In this document: in pieces, positions 63,770 through 64,000 of the stretch
Layout of the letters: each line of letters opens with the position of its first letter
How positions within the stretch are numbered: the first letter of the stretch is position 1
Source of the DNA: Eledone cirrhosa
Lineage: Eukaryota
Assembly (NCBI GenBank): GCA_964016885.1
Contig: OZ024760.1
Span: 7,998,001 to 8,062,000 of the forward strand
DNA length: 64,000 nt
Direction of reading: 5' to 3'
Position numbers and translations under genes: made by a program
Notes under the pieces: model-generated
The model's database searches: none
What the model saw: only the letters and a program-made list of their open reading frames with translations
What the model was told of the DNA's origin: nothing

Positions 63770-64000
63770 ATATTCTTTTACTCTCTTGCCTGTTCCAGCC
63801 ATCCAGCTGAAGCCATGCTGGGGCACCGCCCTTGTTACTACATGTTCTATCTCCAGCCTATGTTGGCTGGCCATTGGTGTAAGAGGGAGTTCGTTGTTGC
63901 CACTGCCCTTAGGTGACCTTCGGACTGTGGGCTCATCCGCGATCCTGGATAGCAGAGTGTCAAGATGTTTCTTCATAACATCCACGTCCACATCTTGCAG
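63770..64000 (-). mobile_element. LINE 3' end remnant (CR1/L2/Jockey group)
   Basis: DVMKKHLDTLLSRIADEP motif. Confidence 0.55.

Overview
AT-rich, repeat-dense eukaryotic genomic DNA; the SINE/LINE content looks cephalopod (octopod-like), which is an inference. Three spliced genes can be assembled by hand with consistent intron phases: (1) the last 8 exons of an M1 aminopeptidase (aminopeptidase N-like, ERAP1-C region) on +, 3312-21459; (2) complete UQCRB on -, 34500-29773; (3) complete HS1BP3 (PX domain) on +, 34934-59843, head-to-head with UQCRB across about 430 bp. Nearly all long ORFs in the supplied track are translations of tandem repeats or LINE/Helitron debris. The most striking signal is a dense and diverse set of minimal type I hammerhead ribozyme (HHR) motifs (CUGANGA...GAAA core, very short and usually palindromic helix III). 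They belong to roughly ten sequence families, many sit in (AT)n tracts, and many are arranged as long inverted repeats. Highlights are a near-identical 310-bp tandem-plus-inverted retrozyme-like unit (10741-11733), a 514-bp palindrome centred on a perfect HHR (19640-20153), and HHRs with large helix II insertions. A Penelope-like RT remnant (about 61200-61450) suggests which element mobilises them. All structures were folded by eye; no activity is demonstrated.
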